Source: Nitrosopumilus sp.
GTDB taxonomy: Archaea > Thermoproteota > Nitrososphaeria > Nitrososphaerales > Nitrosopumilaceae
NCBI GenBank assembly: GCA_965205425.1
Contig: CBDBGZ010000005.1
Location: forward strand, 168,670-232,669
DNA: 64,000 bases
Reading direction: 5' to 3'
The notes below the pieces were generated by a model, which made no database searches, was not told the origin of the DNA, and saw only the letters and a list, made by a program, of their open reading frames with translations. Below, one piece after another: positions 53,264 to 63,268 of the stretch (the stretch's first letter is position 1; each line of letters opens with the position of its first letter). A program made the translations under genes and the position numbers.

Positions 53264-53656
53264 TTATTGTTTAGTAGGATCCTTGCTCAAAATATTCAAC
53301 ACATGTTCAATAATCTGTTTTTGACCTCCTTCATGTACATCTGTTCTTACTACATCTGAACCCATACTAACAAAAATTAAATTTTTATCACCTAGTGGAA
53401 ATGTCATTCTTGTAATTTTTTCAAATGTTGCAACTGCATACAATCCATGACCTATTTTTGGAGCCAATTCATTCCTACCTTTCCATGCTACTGATGCTCT
53501 CTTCAATGATGCAGCTGTTTCTTCTGTCGATAGATAATTTGTAATCCCTTCTCTGTGACTTGTGGCTAAAATATTGCCCTCACTATCTGTAACTAGACTA
53601 TGTCTAATATTTACATCCGAATTCATTATTCTTTTCAAGAGATTTTCAAAATTCAT
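53264..53656 (-). CDS. Roadblock-like (DUF6659-type) protein
   Basis: IRHSLVTDSEGNIL...KIG...FEKITRMTFPL. Confidence 0.7.
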   Translation of the reverse strand: MNFENLLKRIMNSDVNIRHSLVTDSEGNILATSHREGITNYLSTEETAASLKRASVAWKGRNELAPKIGHGLYAVATFEKITRMTFPLGDKNLIFVSMGSDVVRTDVHEGGQKQIIEHVLNILSKDPTKQ

Positions 53657-53715
53657 CTCAATTTGTTACGTCAAAATAATACTTAAGATCTACCTCTAAA
53701 ACCATACGTAGGTTC

Positions 53716-53874
53716 TTATTCTGATGATAATTTACATTCAAAATATTCTGTTATCGTATTGTTGAAATCTTCTAGTTGTTGTTGATCTGCAAATCCTGAT
53801 TTTTCAAGCAATTTCCACGATTTTTCTATTTCTTCTTTTAACACATACAAAGTTCGCTTATCATCACAGTGCAT
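53716..53874 (-). CDS. Small hypothetical protein (52 aa)
   Basis: MHCDDKRTLYVLKEEIEKSW...; hand-translated. Confidence 0.55.
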   Translation of the reverse strand: MHCDDKRTLYVLKEEIEKSWKLLEKSGFADQQQLEDFNNTITEYFECKLSSE

Positions 53875-53912
53875 ATTGTTATTATTTCAAAATAGAATTT
53901 AATCTTTGTAGT

Positions 53913-54971
53913 CTATAATGTAGATTCAACAGGGACTGATATTTTCTTTTTAGCTAATTTTACAGCTAGTATTCCCATTATGGCCCCAGGTATGCTCATC
54001 CATCCTAAAATCATTAGCAGTGTTTCTGAAAATTCTGGTAATAGAGAATACCCTGACACTCCACTGAATACATAAAATTGAATGTATGCCATTCCCACTA
54101 ATGGCATGCTATACACTAAGAATACAGCTCCAACTATGGCCCCAGATGCTATCTCGCCAAATTTACCAATTTTAATTTTATTTGTTAAAATCCCGTCTGC
54201 AATTATTGCAACAATCATTGGTAAAACATACCATGGTAAATAATTCCACAAGGCCTCTGCAGGAATCACATTTGCTGTAATGTTAAAAAATATCAGTAAT
54301 GCTGTCACCGAACTTGCCCAACCAAATTTTCTCATTGACTTTGATGCTCCCCAGAAAATTAATGCGCTGAAAAATGGCATAGTTACTGCTAAAATAACTC
54401 CTGCAACATATGGATCTGGATTAAGATTTATCGTTTCTCCTTTAGATATTGGCAAAGTGAATTGGAAAATAAACGCAATAACGATAAACCATAATGCTGA
54501 AAATGAAACTACTGTTGCAGGTTTTACAATTTTGAAATTATGTGGAATCAATCTTGTTAATCCCACCATAATTCCTACTGATTGTATCAATATACCTGTG
54601 ATTAAAGTAAGATGAGTTGGACTAAGTAATCCATCCGTTCCAAACAATTCGTGCCATGTATAGTCACTTGGCCCTGCAAAGATCTGAATTACACTTCCAA
54701 CTATGATTAGCTTCATTCCTAATGATAGTGACGAATTACGTAATTCTCGATTTTTAAATAATGTCACACTTGCAAGAATTGCTGCAATTACTCCAATTCC
54801 AACTCCTGAATACAATACTGTGTGTGGTGGTGAAAAAAATGTCTCAGGTGCTCCAAGTAAATGAGTTGTTATGTCCCAACTTCCGCCCCAAATTTCTAAA
54901 ACACTTCCTACTAATGATAAAATGAAAATAAATACAATAATTTTTGATGGTTTGTTCATACACACAAACAA
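53913..54971 (-). CDS. Polytopic membrane protein with two D-x3-H-x12-H motifs
   Basis: WDITTH...FFSPPH and SDYTWH...LLSPTH; about 9 TM segments; start may be 54959. Confidence 0.85.
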   Translation of the reverse strand: MFVCMNKPSKIIVFIFILSLVGSVLEIWGGSWDITTHLLGAPETFFSPPHTVLYSGVGIGVIAAILASVTLFKNRELRNSSLSLGMKLIIVGSVIQIFAGPSDYTWHELFGTDGLLSPTHLTLITGILIQSVGIMVGLTRLIPHNFKIVKPATVVSFSALWFIVIAFIFQFTLPISKGETINLNPDPYVAGVILAVTMPFFSALIFWGASKSMRKFGWASSVTALLIFFNITANVIPAEALWNYLPWYVLPMIVAIIADGILTNKIKIGKFGEIASGAIVGAVFLVYSMPLVGMAYIQFYVFSGVSGYSLLPEFSETLLMILGWMSIPGAIMGILAVKLAKKKISVPVESTL

Positions 54972-55354
54972 AAATATGAGTTTATGAATATTGTTAATTA
55001 AAAAAAATTAATGCCTTAGATATTTCTAAAGCTGGTCGTCGGTGTTACCTGATTTGTTCATTTTACACCAACAATTTGGGCTACAAATTGAATTAAAACT
55101 TGACATTTTAATCATCAGATACTAGCCAAGAAAGGCCAATTGCTTCTTCCCAATTTGATTGATAATTGTTATCTTGCATATTTCACTCTGGTAAAATTTC
55201 TATTTAATATCGATGAACGATTTGTTAGTATGATTTCTCAGTATCAATTAGTAGTGATTCTTTATATTAAATTTGAAGTGTACATAGTACCAGACCATAC
55301 CTGGTGACGATTCAAATCCTAGATTCATTTTTGAATCTCACCTTTTTCTTAATT

Positions 55355-55816
55355 CTAAGAATTTGCTGATTTCTCGTAATAGTATTCTTGCCTTTTCAAA
55401 TCTTTTTCTGAAATAATTCGACATTTACGCATTGGAACTAGTCGTGAAATTTGTTCATACGTATTCATATCTCTGACATCTGCAGCATATGCAATTTGTA
55501 ACAATGGTGATTTTTCTTCAATCATTGGTTTTGCCTGTTCATACCCACCACTTTGCCTCATACCTGTTCTAAATAATCCTAAATGGTTTTCATTTTTTGA
55601 AATTAACGGATCTTGATATACACAAATTGCAAATTCATCATTTTCTTTTTCAATAATTGTTAGTCTGGTAAATTTATCGCTCCAATCTTCTATTTCTTTG
55701 GCAATGGACATGGCCTCTTTTTTATCCTCAAATACAGTGGATACTACCAATCTGTCTTTTTCATATGCCCAGGAAATACCGTAGAAATTCTTTTTCCAAT
55801 TAATCTCTAATGACAT
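55355..55816 (-). CDS. Hypothetical protein
   Basis: 153-aa ORF. Confidence 0.7.
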   Translation of the reverse strand: MSLEINWKKNFYGISWAYEKDRLVVSTVFEDKKEAMSIAKEIEDWSDKFTRLTIIEKENDEFAICVYQDPLISKNENHLGLFRTGMRQSGGYEQAKPMIEEKSPLLQIAYAADVRDMNTYEQISRLVPMRKCRIISEKDLKRQEYYYEKSANS

Positions 55817-56044
55817 GAATATTGGTAAAAAAATATCAAATTAATGCTTTCTAATTATTTTGTTTCATCACAGTCGACATCGTGATCTCCAGAATGAGCT
55901 ATGTCTAACTCACATCTGCAATTATTTTTTCTAAAATAACATCTTGGTGGCATTGGAAAAAACATGATAATTCCACTTTCCTAGGTGGAATTAAACCCAT
56001 CCTCCAAATTACATCCAAATCTATACGTAAAATAAAAAATGTGA

Positions 56045-56276
56045 CTAGCATGTTTTGTCACATTCACATTGTCGACTAGTAAACAAATTCTTGAATGTTT
56101 CAAATTTTGACTGATCTATTGTCGGTTTTTGTCTTCCGACAATTTTGAATAGATTAATTCCAGTCTCAGCGCTAGTTCCTTTGTGCCCACGATCCATTTT
56201 TCATTAGATATGGTTGTGGGTTCTTCATTGACACTTTTTTTCGTACTTTGATATCGTATGCCTCTATTTTTGACAT
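56045..56276 (-). pseudogene. DUF5679/CC1-like small basic protein, frameshifted
   Basis: MSKIEAYDIKVRKKVSMKNPQPYLMKNGSWA / KGTSAETGINLFKIVG; frameshift near 56183. Confidence 0.6.
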
Positions 56277-56562
56277 GTGCCATTATGGAGAAATTACTAT
56301 TACTAATTCAAAGTAATTTTTTTCTTATTCATTAGCTGAAAAAATCTTTGAACTTGGTCGTGAGAAATTTACTGTTCCCTCAAAGTACATAAATTCATTT
56401 TTTTGCCATCATACTAAAAATAATAATTATTTTTTAATCTAAATTAAACAAATGTTTGGAAAATGAATAATTCTTCTTTTATATCTCGAGCCTGTAAAGT
56501 CATTGACGCCTTCGTTTAGTGGTCTAGGCATGCTATAAACGACCACTATTCCAAGTCGTTGA

Positions 56563-56709
56563 TTATCGTTTTTTTAACAAAGCATCTTCAGGTGTTTTAT
56601 TTTTATTTGATTCCCAATGCCAACTATGATGTTTCTTCCAGTGCGTCTCTAGTTCTTCTGTAGTTGGTTTTTTCCCTAATGGGGTTCCGCATAATTTACA
56701 CTGTATCAA
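56563..56709 (-). CDS. C2H2-like zinc-finger microprotein (48 aa)
   Basis: MIQCKLCG...LETHWKKHH; hand-translated. Confidence 0.6.
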   Translation of the reverse strand: MIQCKLCGTPLGKKPTTEELETHWKKHHSWHWESNKNKTPEDALLKKR

Positions 56710-56834
56710 TTTTTACATCCTTTGACTTTTTCTTTTTTGATTTTGTAATTGGATGACATTGTACAGGTAAATTTTCATTTTCCATGTTTTAATCTAATGA
56801 TGATTTGAAATTAAGAGTTTGCATTGTGTATTGA

Positions 56835-57164
56835 TTATTTCTTTTTGTTTTGGTTTTTATTTTTATATTTGTCTCGTTTTCTTTTTATTTCCATATCTTT
56901 TATGACGTATACTTTACCTGTCTCACAAAGTTTCATTTCTCCTGTATGTTCATCATGAATAGAATCAAATAATCCACTCGATAATAATTCCCCAACAATA
57001 CTCCATGCCATATCTGCAGATACATCAAATTTGTATGAAATGGTAGATACTTTGGTAAAAAAACCGTTTTTTGAATTTCTAATTACAAACTGTTCTACTT
57101 TTTGTTCCGTTGTTAAACTTGGTTCACGCTTTTTGAAATTTCTATATGGTTTGTTATCTGACAT
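56835..57164 (-). CDS. Hypothetical protein (possible wHTH)
   Basis: 109-aa ORF with basic tail. Confidence 0.65.
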   Translation of the reverse strand: MSDNKPYRNFKKREPSLTTEQKVEQFVIRNSKNGFFTKVSTISYKFDVSADMAWSIVGELLSSGLFDSIHDEHTGEMKLCETGKVYVIKDMEIKRKRDKYKNKNQNKKK

Positions 57165-57172
57165 TTTTTATC

Positions 57173-57760
57173 TCAAGCCTCAACATTAATTGTATCAGGA
57201 TCATTATTTCCTGGCATGTATTTGTTTCCTAATTTGTTTTTCATTTTCTCATCAAATTCTTCTTGTAATCTGGTAAGGTACATCTCAGCCTCTGTTTCGT
57301 CATCTGGAATACCTGTATCTGTGTCGAAATTAAATCCTGTTGCCAAATGATAAAACTCCTCAAAAAATTCTTTACAGTCAATCACGTCTGCCTTTTCATC
57401 AATTACAGCTATTAGACAATCGTTTTCTATTCTAAAATTGAGACAAATTTCTTCTTCAATCATGACATCGACCATGACTGACATGAGATATGTTATGTAT
57501 TTTTTATCTAATTTGCCCTCGTCTTTGTCCGCAATCCATAATTCATTTCCGTCCAAAAAATCATCAAAAGTTCTAACCATCATCTCTCGAATGTCTGAAT
57601 CTGGATGAGACAATTTTGATTTCCAAGATTCAAAATTCCCATATTCTGCATATACTGCATCAAATGTTAAATTTTCATTAATCTGTTCAAATTCCCAAAT
57701 TTCTCTATTAGTCCACATGGGAGAAAATTCTGAAATTAATTTTCTAGTGTTTTGATCCAA
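57173..57760 (-). CDS. Acidic hypothetical protein
   Basis: 195-aa ORF, D/E rich. Confidence 0.65.
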   Translation of the reverse strand: MDQNTRKLISEFSPMWTNREIWEFEQINENLTFDAVYAEYGNFESWKSKLSHPDSDIREMMVRTFDDFLDGNELWIADKDEGKLDKKYITYLMSVMVDVMIEEEICLNFRIENDCLIAVIDEKADVIDCKEFFEEFYHLATGFNFDTDTGIPDDETEAEMYLTRLQEEFDEKMKNKLGNKYMPGNNDPDTINVEA

Positions 57761-57802
57761 TGTTTTTGTTGTTTTTTATCCATTGTTTAATCTTATCTTG
57801 AA

Positions 57803-58036
57803 CTAATTGTTAATTCCTGATTTGAGAAATTCCAATGTACATTCTGCTAATTCCTTACTGGAGTGTTTCTTGATATTATGTTTGCAATTAGGACATATTC
57901 CTGATTCCTCATCTGAGAATCCTTCTCCAACCTGTTTCATACAACATTCCATCAATTCTTCAGTTGAATGTGATTCCATTGCAAGTTTGCATGTGGGGCA
58001 TTCTGTCAAATTATAACAGTATGAAGATAATTTCAT
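57803..58036 (-). CDS. Small protein with a duplicated CPxC-x5-H-x7-C motif
   Basis: CPTCKLAMESHSTEELMEC / CPNCKHNIKKHSSKELAEC. Confidence 0.65.
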   Translation of the reverse strand: MKLSSYCYNLTECPTCKLAMESHSTEELMECCMKQVGEGFSDEESGICPNCKHNIKKHSSKELAECTLEFLKSGINN

Positions 58037-58074
58037 TGTTAATAAATTATATTTGATTTTTTAATAGAATCAAT

Positions 58075-58253
58075 ATGAATTTGAACCAAAAATTCCAAAA
58101 TAAATTACATTGTATTTGTAACGAAGATGTAGTTTTTGAAATTATTGAGGATATAGAATGTGATTGGGGAACTCATCTTGTAATTCAATGTCCAAAATGT
58201 GAAGAATTGTTTTCTGCTGATTGTGAATGTCCTGCTTTTGGAAATATTCTAAA
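58075..58253 (+). pseudogene. Cys-rich protein gene truncated by IS110
   Basis: HCIC...QCPKC...CPAF then runs into IS110 sequence at 58254. Confidence 0.65.
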
Positions 58254-58381
58254 TTATCCATGTGAATTGTTTTTATACATTTCCTCTCTTTCCATACATC
58301 AGGGCATGGCTTTCGCTAGAGAATGGTTTCAATCAAAAGATGGCAGACATGTATCCATACGAGACTATTCTCTCAATGCTA

Positions 58382-59527
58382 TAGTTAAGGCATTAAATAT
58401 TTGAATAATTTCACAACTCGAACGTCTCCATTATCTAATCTCTTCTGCATGTGTTTTCTCATCTCAGTTCCATTTACAAAGAATGTATTGGCATTACCAT
58501 TTTTCTCTTCTCTCCACTGTACCTCAATTGGATTGAGTTCTGGGGTGTATGCAGGAAAATATCTTATGATTACATTTCTTTTTGATACCTTGAGAAATTC
58601 TTTTACTCTAACACTTTTGTGGTATGATGCATTGTCTGCAAATAATAACAGTTTCTTGCCAAATTGTTTCTGCAAGGATTTTAAGAAATCAAGAAATGAG
58701 TCTGTGTTTGATTTATCATAGAACCTACAAAAAAATACGCCGTCATCCCCCAATGCACCAAATGATTGAAATTTTTCTCGAGTGTAATTAATTGGTGTGG
58801 TAATGTTATTGCCTGCAAGATACCATCCGCGCTTTATGTTAGGTGCTATCTTGTTTGTTGACTCATCCAGACATAGTGTGATATGTCCCAATTTGGAATA
58901 TTTTTTGATACTCCTTTTTGCGTTTTTTTAAAACGGGTTTGTTCCTCTTTTGAGGCTGATTTGTGATGTGTGGGACGTGGTTTTTTTGATGAGAATCCAA
59001 TTCTGTGCAGCAATTCACGCATTCCTCTTGCAGAGTATAGGGTGTTGTATTTTTTATTCACATGTGTAATTACCATTCTTGTACTCCACATGAATTGGTT
59101 AAATCCAAACTTTTCTGGACCTGAAATTAGATCATTTCTTAATGATACTAGCTGTTTTTCATTTAGAAAACATCTAGAACCAGAATATTTCTTGCGGTGT
59201 GATGCAGATATTCCCTCTTCATCCATTCGATTTAGCCAGTAGGACAGAGTTGATGGTATGACATCCAGACTTGCACATATCACAGAATACGGAATATTTT
59301 GTTTTCTTAGTATTGCAGCCTTTAATCTTATCTTTGCTTTTGCATTTTTTTCATTCTTGCATACTTTTCTTAAAAAATTAATGCTTGTACCTTTCATGAA
59401 TTGATTTCCAGAGGAAACCTTGGATTGTCTTGTACTCTTTGACATGGTTTCATGAATTGATTCTACGATCTAGATCTTTTGAGTTAAAATACTTGACAGT
59501 TTATTCAAAATTTATATGCCTAAACTA
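58382..59527 (-). mobile_element. IS630-family IS type B, copy 2 (inside the IS110 non-coding region)
   Basis: 1146 bp, TA duplication at GC-TA-TC; ORFs 58846-59445 and 58385-58891. Confidence 0.92.
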
Positions 59528-59606
59528 TATCTTCATCCTAGTTAGGATTATTCGCAGTTATCAGACGAGGCCTTGTCCCTCAAGCATTTTAACGCGACTT
59601 GCAGTC

Positions 59607-60698
59607 CTAACTATAATTTTGCACAAATTCTCTCCTCTCCTTTAGCATCCAATAAATTACTCGCAGAATCTTTGATGCGCCAGCAACTGCATCTTTGGAT
59701 GAACCTCTCTTCTTTTTAATGCGATTATAAAATTTGGTAATGTCGCTGTTCTTGGTATGTATTGCATGGGTGTGTATGCATTCTGTTAGAACCCATCTCA
59801 ATGTCATGCTTCCTCTCTTTGTAATTCTTCCATGATGTATTGTATCTGCAGAATTTCTCACCGATGGAACAATCCCTGCATATGCACATAACTTGCGAGA
59901 ATTTGAAAATCTACTAATCTCTGCAATTTCTGAGAATATGCTCAATGCAGTGTATGGTCCAACTCCAGGTATTGATGTCAAAATACACACATCAGGATTA
60001 TCATTTACCATGCGACGTATCATGGAATCTATTTTTGCAACCTCCTTTTTGTGAAATTTTATGCTTTGTAGGTACGAATCTATTCTATAACTCTCCAATT
60101 TTCCAAGTGCACGTATGTGTTCTGAGGAAAATGGTGTTGCTTTGATATGGATTCCCTCCTGTAGTGTAATACCATGTATGGAATTCTTCATCTTTACAAT
60201 AATGCGCACAATCTTGTGTCGATGTCTTACAAGCTGTCTGTATTGCACAATTGTGTGATCTGGCACAAATGATTCTGCAATGTATCCTCCTCGTAGCAAA
60301 TTTGCAAGATGGTACGCATCAATTTTATCAGTCTTTTTGAGTGATGATGCTATTATCTTTGTGTTGTATGGATTAGATAGTATAACATCAAGATGTAATT
60401 TGTCTGTCATGTGTCTATAAAGGCCATACCAGACAGATGATGACTCTAAAACATATTTTGCGTTCTTTGGAATTTTGGATGTAATTTTGCTAATAGCAGA
60501 AAAATCACTGGAAATCTTTTTGTTAAATAATAATTTGCCAATCTCATCTACTGCTGCCACCTGTACAGAGTTCTTGTGAACATCCAATCCTACAAACATC
60601 AAATATTTTTTTTCAGGAAGGGTAGTGTGTTTGTTTGCATTTCTTACTTTCTTGATACGAATGCAAGTACCATCTAATTTCCTAGCTGATTTTGGCAC
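59607..60698 (-). CDS. IS110 DEDD recombinase, copy 2
   Basis: Protein identical to 38789-39880. Confidence 0.95.
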   Translation of the reverse strand: MPKSARKLDGTCIRIKKVRNANKHTTLPEKKYLMFVGLDVHKNSVQVAAVDEIGKLLFNKKISSDFSAISKITSKIPKNAKYVLESSSVWYGLYRHMTDKLHLDVILSNPYNTKIIASSLKKTDKIDAYHLANLLRGGYIAESFVPDHTIVQYRQLVRHRHKIVRIIVKMKNSIHGITLQEGIHIKATPFSSEHIRALGKLESYRIDSYLQSIKFHKKEVAKIDSMIRRMVNDNPDVCILTSIPGVGPYTALSIFSEIAEISRFSNSRKLCAYAGIVPSVRNSADTIHHGRITKRGSMTLRWVLTECIHTHAIHTKNSDITKFYNRIKKKRGSSKDAVAGASKILRVIYWMLKERREFVQNYS

Positions 60699-60710
60699 AT
60701 ATGGTTATAG

Positions 60711-61674
60711 GGCCTTGTAGAAACCATCTGATTTTAACCCAATTGTGATACATTTTAGCTAATTTAGATCCATTAGGATTGTATTTGCAGATTACAGTAT
60801 GGTCTCATCATACGTCAAAATGTGCAAAACACTACTCAATATAATCACCAGATGCAGAATTCCCAGGTTCTTACATCCAAAATCAAATCATATCTATTCT
60901 GTTTGGACACATCTCATACTCTTGGCAATACGACAGTACGAATCAAAGAGTTATAGAAGATTTACAGAATTTTTAGAAGAATGTGTAGGAATTCAGGAAT
61001 ATCTTGGTTTGTCTACCATTCCACATTACACCACACTACAAAAGGCAGCTGCAAGACTGGAAGGAAATCTGTTACATAAAATGTTGCAGGAATTCATTTT
61101 GTACAAAAAAGTCAGACTGGTTCTAGCTGGAATTGATGGTAGCGGATTCAGTTACAGTACAGCATCATACTATTATACAAAAAGAGTACAGTTACGCAGG
61201 AATTTCCTAAAAGTTGTTGTTTGTGCTGACATGAATACACAGCTTGTTTGCTGTGTCATGACACACCACAACATGATAATCCTGATTTTCTGCCATTGTT
61301 GTACAAAACCAACAATATTGTTCCAGTTGATATTGTGTTAGGTGACATGGGTTTTGATGATGAGAATAACCATGTTGGTGCAGAACAGATCAACACAGCT
61401 GCAATAATTCCAACTCGATATGGAACAGTTCCAATTTACAGAACCAGTGGAATTCATAGAAAGGAGATGAAGAGGAACTTTCCTGTACAATTGTACCATC
61501 AGAGAAACAAATCTGAAACAATCTTTTTTGTGATCAAACAGATAATGTCAGGAGATGTCACATCAAGAAATGTTACAACTCAGGACAATGAGATGTTGTA
61601 CAGGTTAATTGCATACAATTCCTACAGGATTAGAAAATTAGATTTTGTTATTTTATCATGGTTTCTACAAGGCC
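60711..61674 (+). mobile_element. IS5-family IS, copy 2 (964 bp), frameshifted transposase
   Basis: IR GGCCTTGTAGAAACCAT; 8-bp TSD GGTTATAG; one CAACATG unit missing relative to copy 1. Confidence 0.92.
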
Positions 61675-61742
61675 GGTTATAGTTATTATTGTTGATTTCT
61701 TTAGGAGAATAAAATCTCAATACTATTTGGAAGATGTCAGGT

Positions 61743-61762
61743 AGTTACTTTCCCAAGTACTG
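61743..61762. repeat. Solo ISH3-like terminal repeat
   Basis: AGTTACTTTCCCAAGTACTG versus AGTTACTTTCCCATCTACTG (18/20). Confidence 0.6.
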
Positions 61763-61826
61763 AACTTAACATGAGTACAAATCCATGGGGATTCAGCCAC
61801 CAAATTGAGGATGAAATGAACGCAGG

Positions 61827-62894
61827 TTAGTCAATCATTGCATAGAAAACCATTGTAATGCAGTTTTCTACAGGATAAACATCAATATCTTTTAGATCTG
61901 AATATTGTTCAACAGTTAATTCAGCACATTTGTTTGCCAAATCACCAAAGTAATTTGCACTTGGTTGAGTAGTTTGCATTGCAGCAAATGCATTATCCAA
62001 AACTGACAAAGTGAATTCTTTATTGAATTTCAGATGTTCAGGAGTTCCCAAGATTGGTTCGTGTCCTGAAATTATTATTTTCCAATCCATTGTCAACAAT
62101 TTGTCATGTACTGCAAGATGTTCACCGACATCTCTTGTGATTCCCATAAATTGGAATGGTGCTGCATTTGGATGAAACAAATCAACTGCCATAACAACTT
62201 CGTGTACTGGGGAATAAATCACAATGTCGCCTTTAGAATGAAATGGACCCAAGTAAGATAATTCCAATATTTGATCACCTACCATCAAAGTAAAATCATC
62301 ATGAAAAGTTACAGTTGGAACTGGACGTTGAGGATCATTTTTCATCATCAAATGTTCAGCAGTATCAATATGTGAAATGTAGACTGTATCAGTAGGAAGT
62401 AAACTTGCAGAACCAACATGGTCTTTGTGGATATGAGAGTAAACGAAGTGGGTTACCTTCTCTGAAGTTACTTCAGATATTGCTTGCTGAATTTTTGTAC
62501 CCATACCCATAGGTGCATCAACTAAAATTACTCCTTCACCTGTTGTTAGAAACATTATTTGATACATTCCGTCAGTAACCCAATAGAGTCCATCTCCAAT
62601 CTCAATTACGGCATATCCTTTTTCAGGATCTATTTCAGGTCCTGCAATTGTGTAATCCATTGCAGATGCAAACAATTTCTTTTCAGATTTTATTGTCATC
62701 GAAGGAGAGATATTTTTTGTTCCAGAAATTTCTGAACATAATTTATCTCCACAAACTTTTTTTGAACCAATTTCAGTCAGAGAATTTCCTTTGGACTTTG
62801 CAGCATTAGCTTCTGGAAGAAAATCAGATGATAAAGCAGGAACAATTCCTATTGAGAGGATTAAGGGGATTAATGCAAAAATAACAAACTTCAT
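61827..62894 (-). CDS. Secreted MBL-fold metallo-hydrolase
   Basis: Signal peptide, KVCGDKLC segment, SHIHKDH, HSKGD, SGH. Confidence 0.88.
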   Translation of the reverse strand: MKFVIFALIPLILSIGIVPALSSDFLPEANAAKSKGNSLTEIGSKKVCGDKLCSEISGTKNISPSMTIKSEKKLFASAMDYTIAGPEIDPEKGYAVIEIGDGLYWVTDGMYQIMFLTTGEGVILVDAPMGMGTKIQQAISEVTSEKVTHFVYSHIHKDHVGSASLLPTDTVYISHIDTAEHLMMKNDPQRPVPTVTFHDDFTLMVGDQILELSYLGPFHSKGDIVIYSPVHEVVMAVDLFHPNAAPFQFMGITRDVGEHLAVHDKLLTMDWKIIISGHEPILGTPEHLKFNKEFTLSVLDNAFAAMQTTQPSANYFGDLANKCAELTVEQYSDLKDIDVYPVENCITMVFYAMID

Positions 62895-62999
62895 AAAATA
62901 AAATAATTCTAAATCAAATTTAAAGGTGTGTGTTTGTATGTATCAAGCCTCATGCCTAGAATTTGTTTTTAGTTTCCATTTTTGTTCCTGATGGGGTAG

Positions 63000-63257
63000 A
63001 TGACCTTGATTCATACAGTTAGTTCTATTTTTATGACAGATAGATTTGTGATTTATCAAGACATTCCAAAATCTCATGAAATCAAAATTCATCGCATTGG
63101 TTGTTCAACATATGTAAACAGAAATCAGAGTGCAAAAAATTCAATTTGGTATACTGCACATACTTTTGAAATTGCTGTAAACATTGCAAAAAAACTAGCT
63201 AATGAAGATAAAATAAATTATAGAAACTGTAAATTATGCAATCATTCAACACCCTAA
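63000..63257 (+). CDS. Hypothetical protein
   Basis: KIHRIGC...CKLC; start may be the internal ATG (MTDRF). Confidence 0.55.
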   Translation: MTLIHTVSSIFMTDRFVIYQDIPKSHEIKIHRIGCSTYVNRNQSAKNSIWYTAHTFEIAVNIAKKLANEDKINYRNCKLCNHSTP

Positions 63258-63268
63258 TTGCACACTCT

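Larger units (their letters stand above)
58254..61686 (-). mobile_element. IS110 copy 2 carrying nested IS630-B and IS5
   Basis: Removing IS630 plus TA and IS5 plus 8-bp TSD restores the 1313-bp copy-1 length. Confidence 0.92.

Noticed and set aside
53913..54971. Calling this gene amoC
   Set aside because: About twice the length of archaeal AmoC, motif duplicated, no amo neighbours
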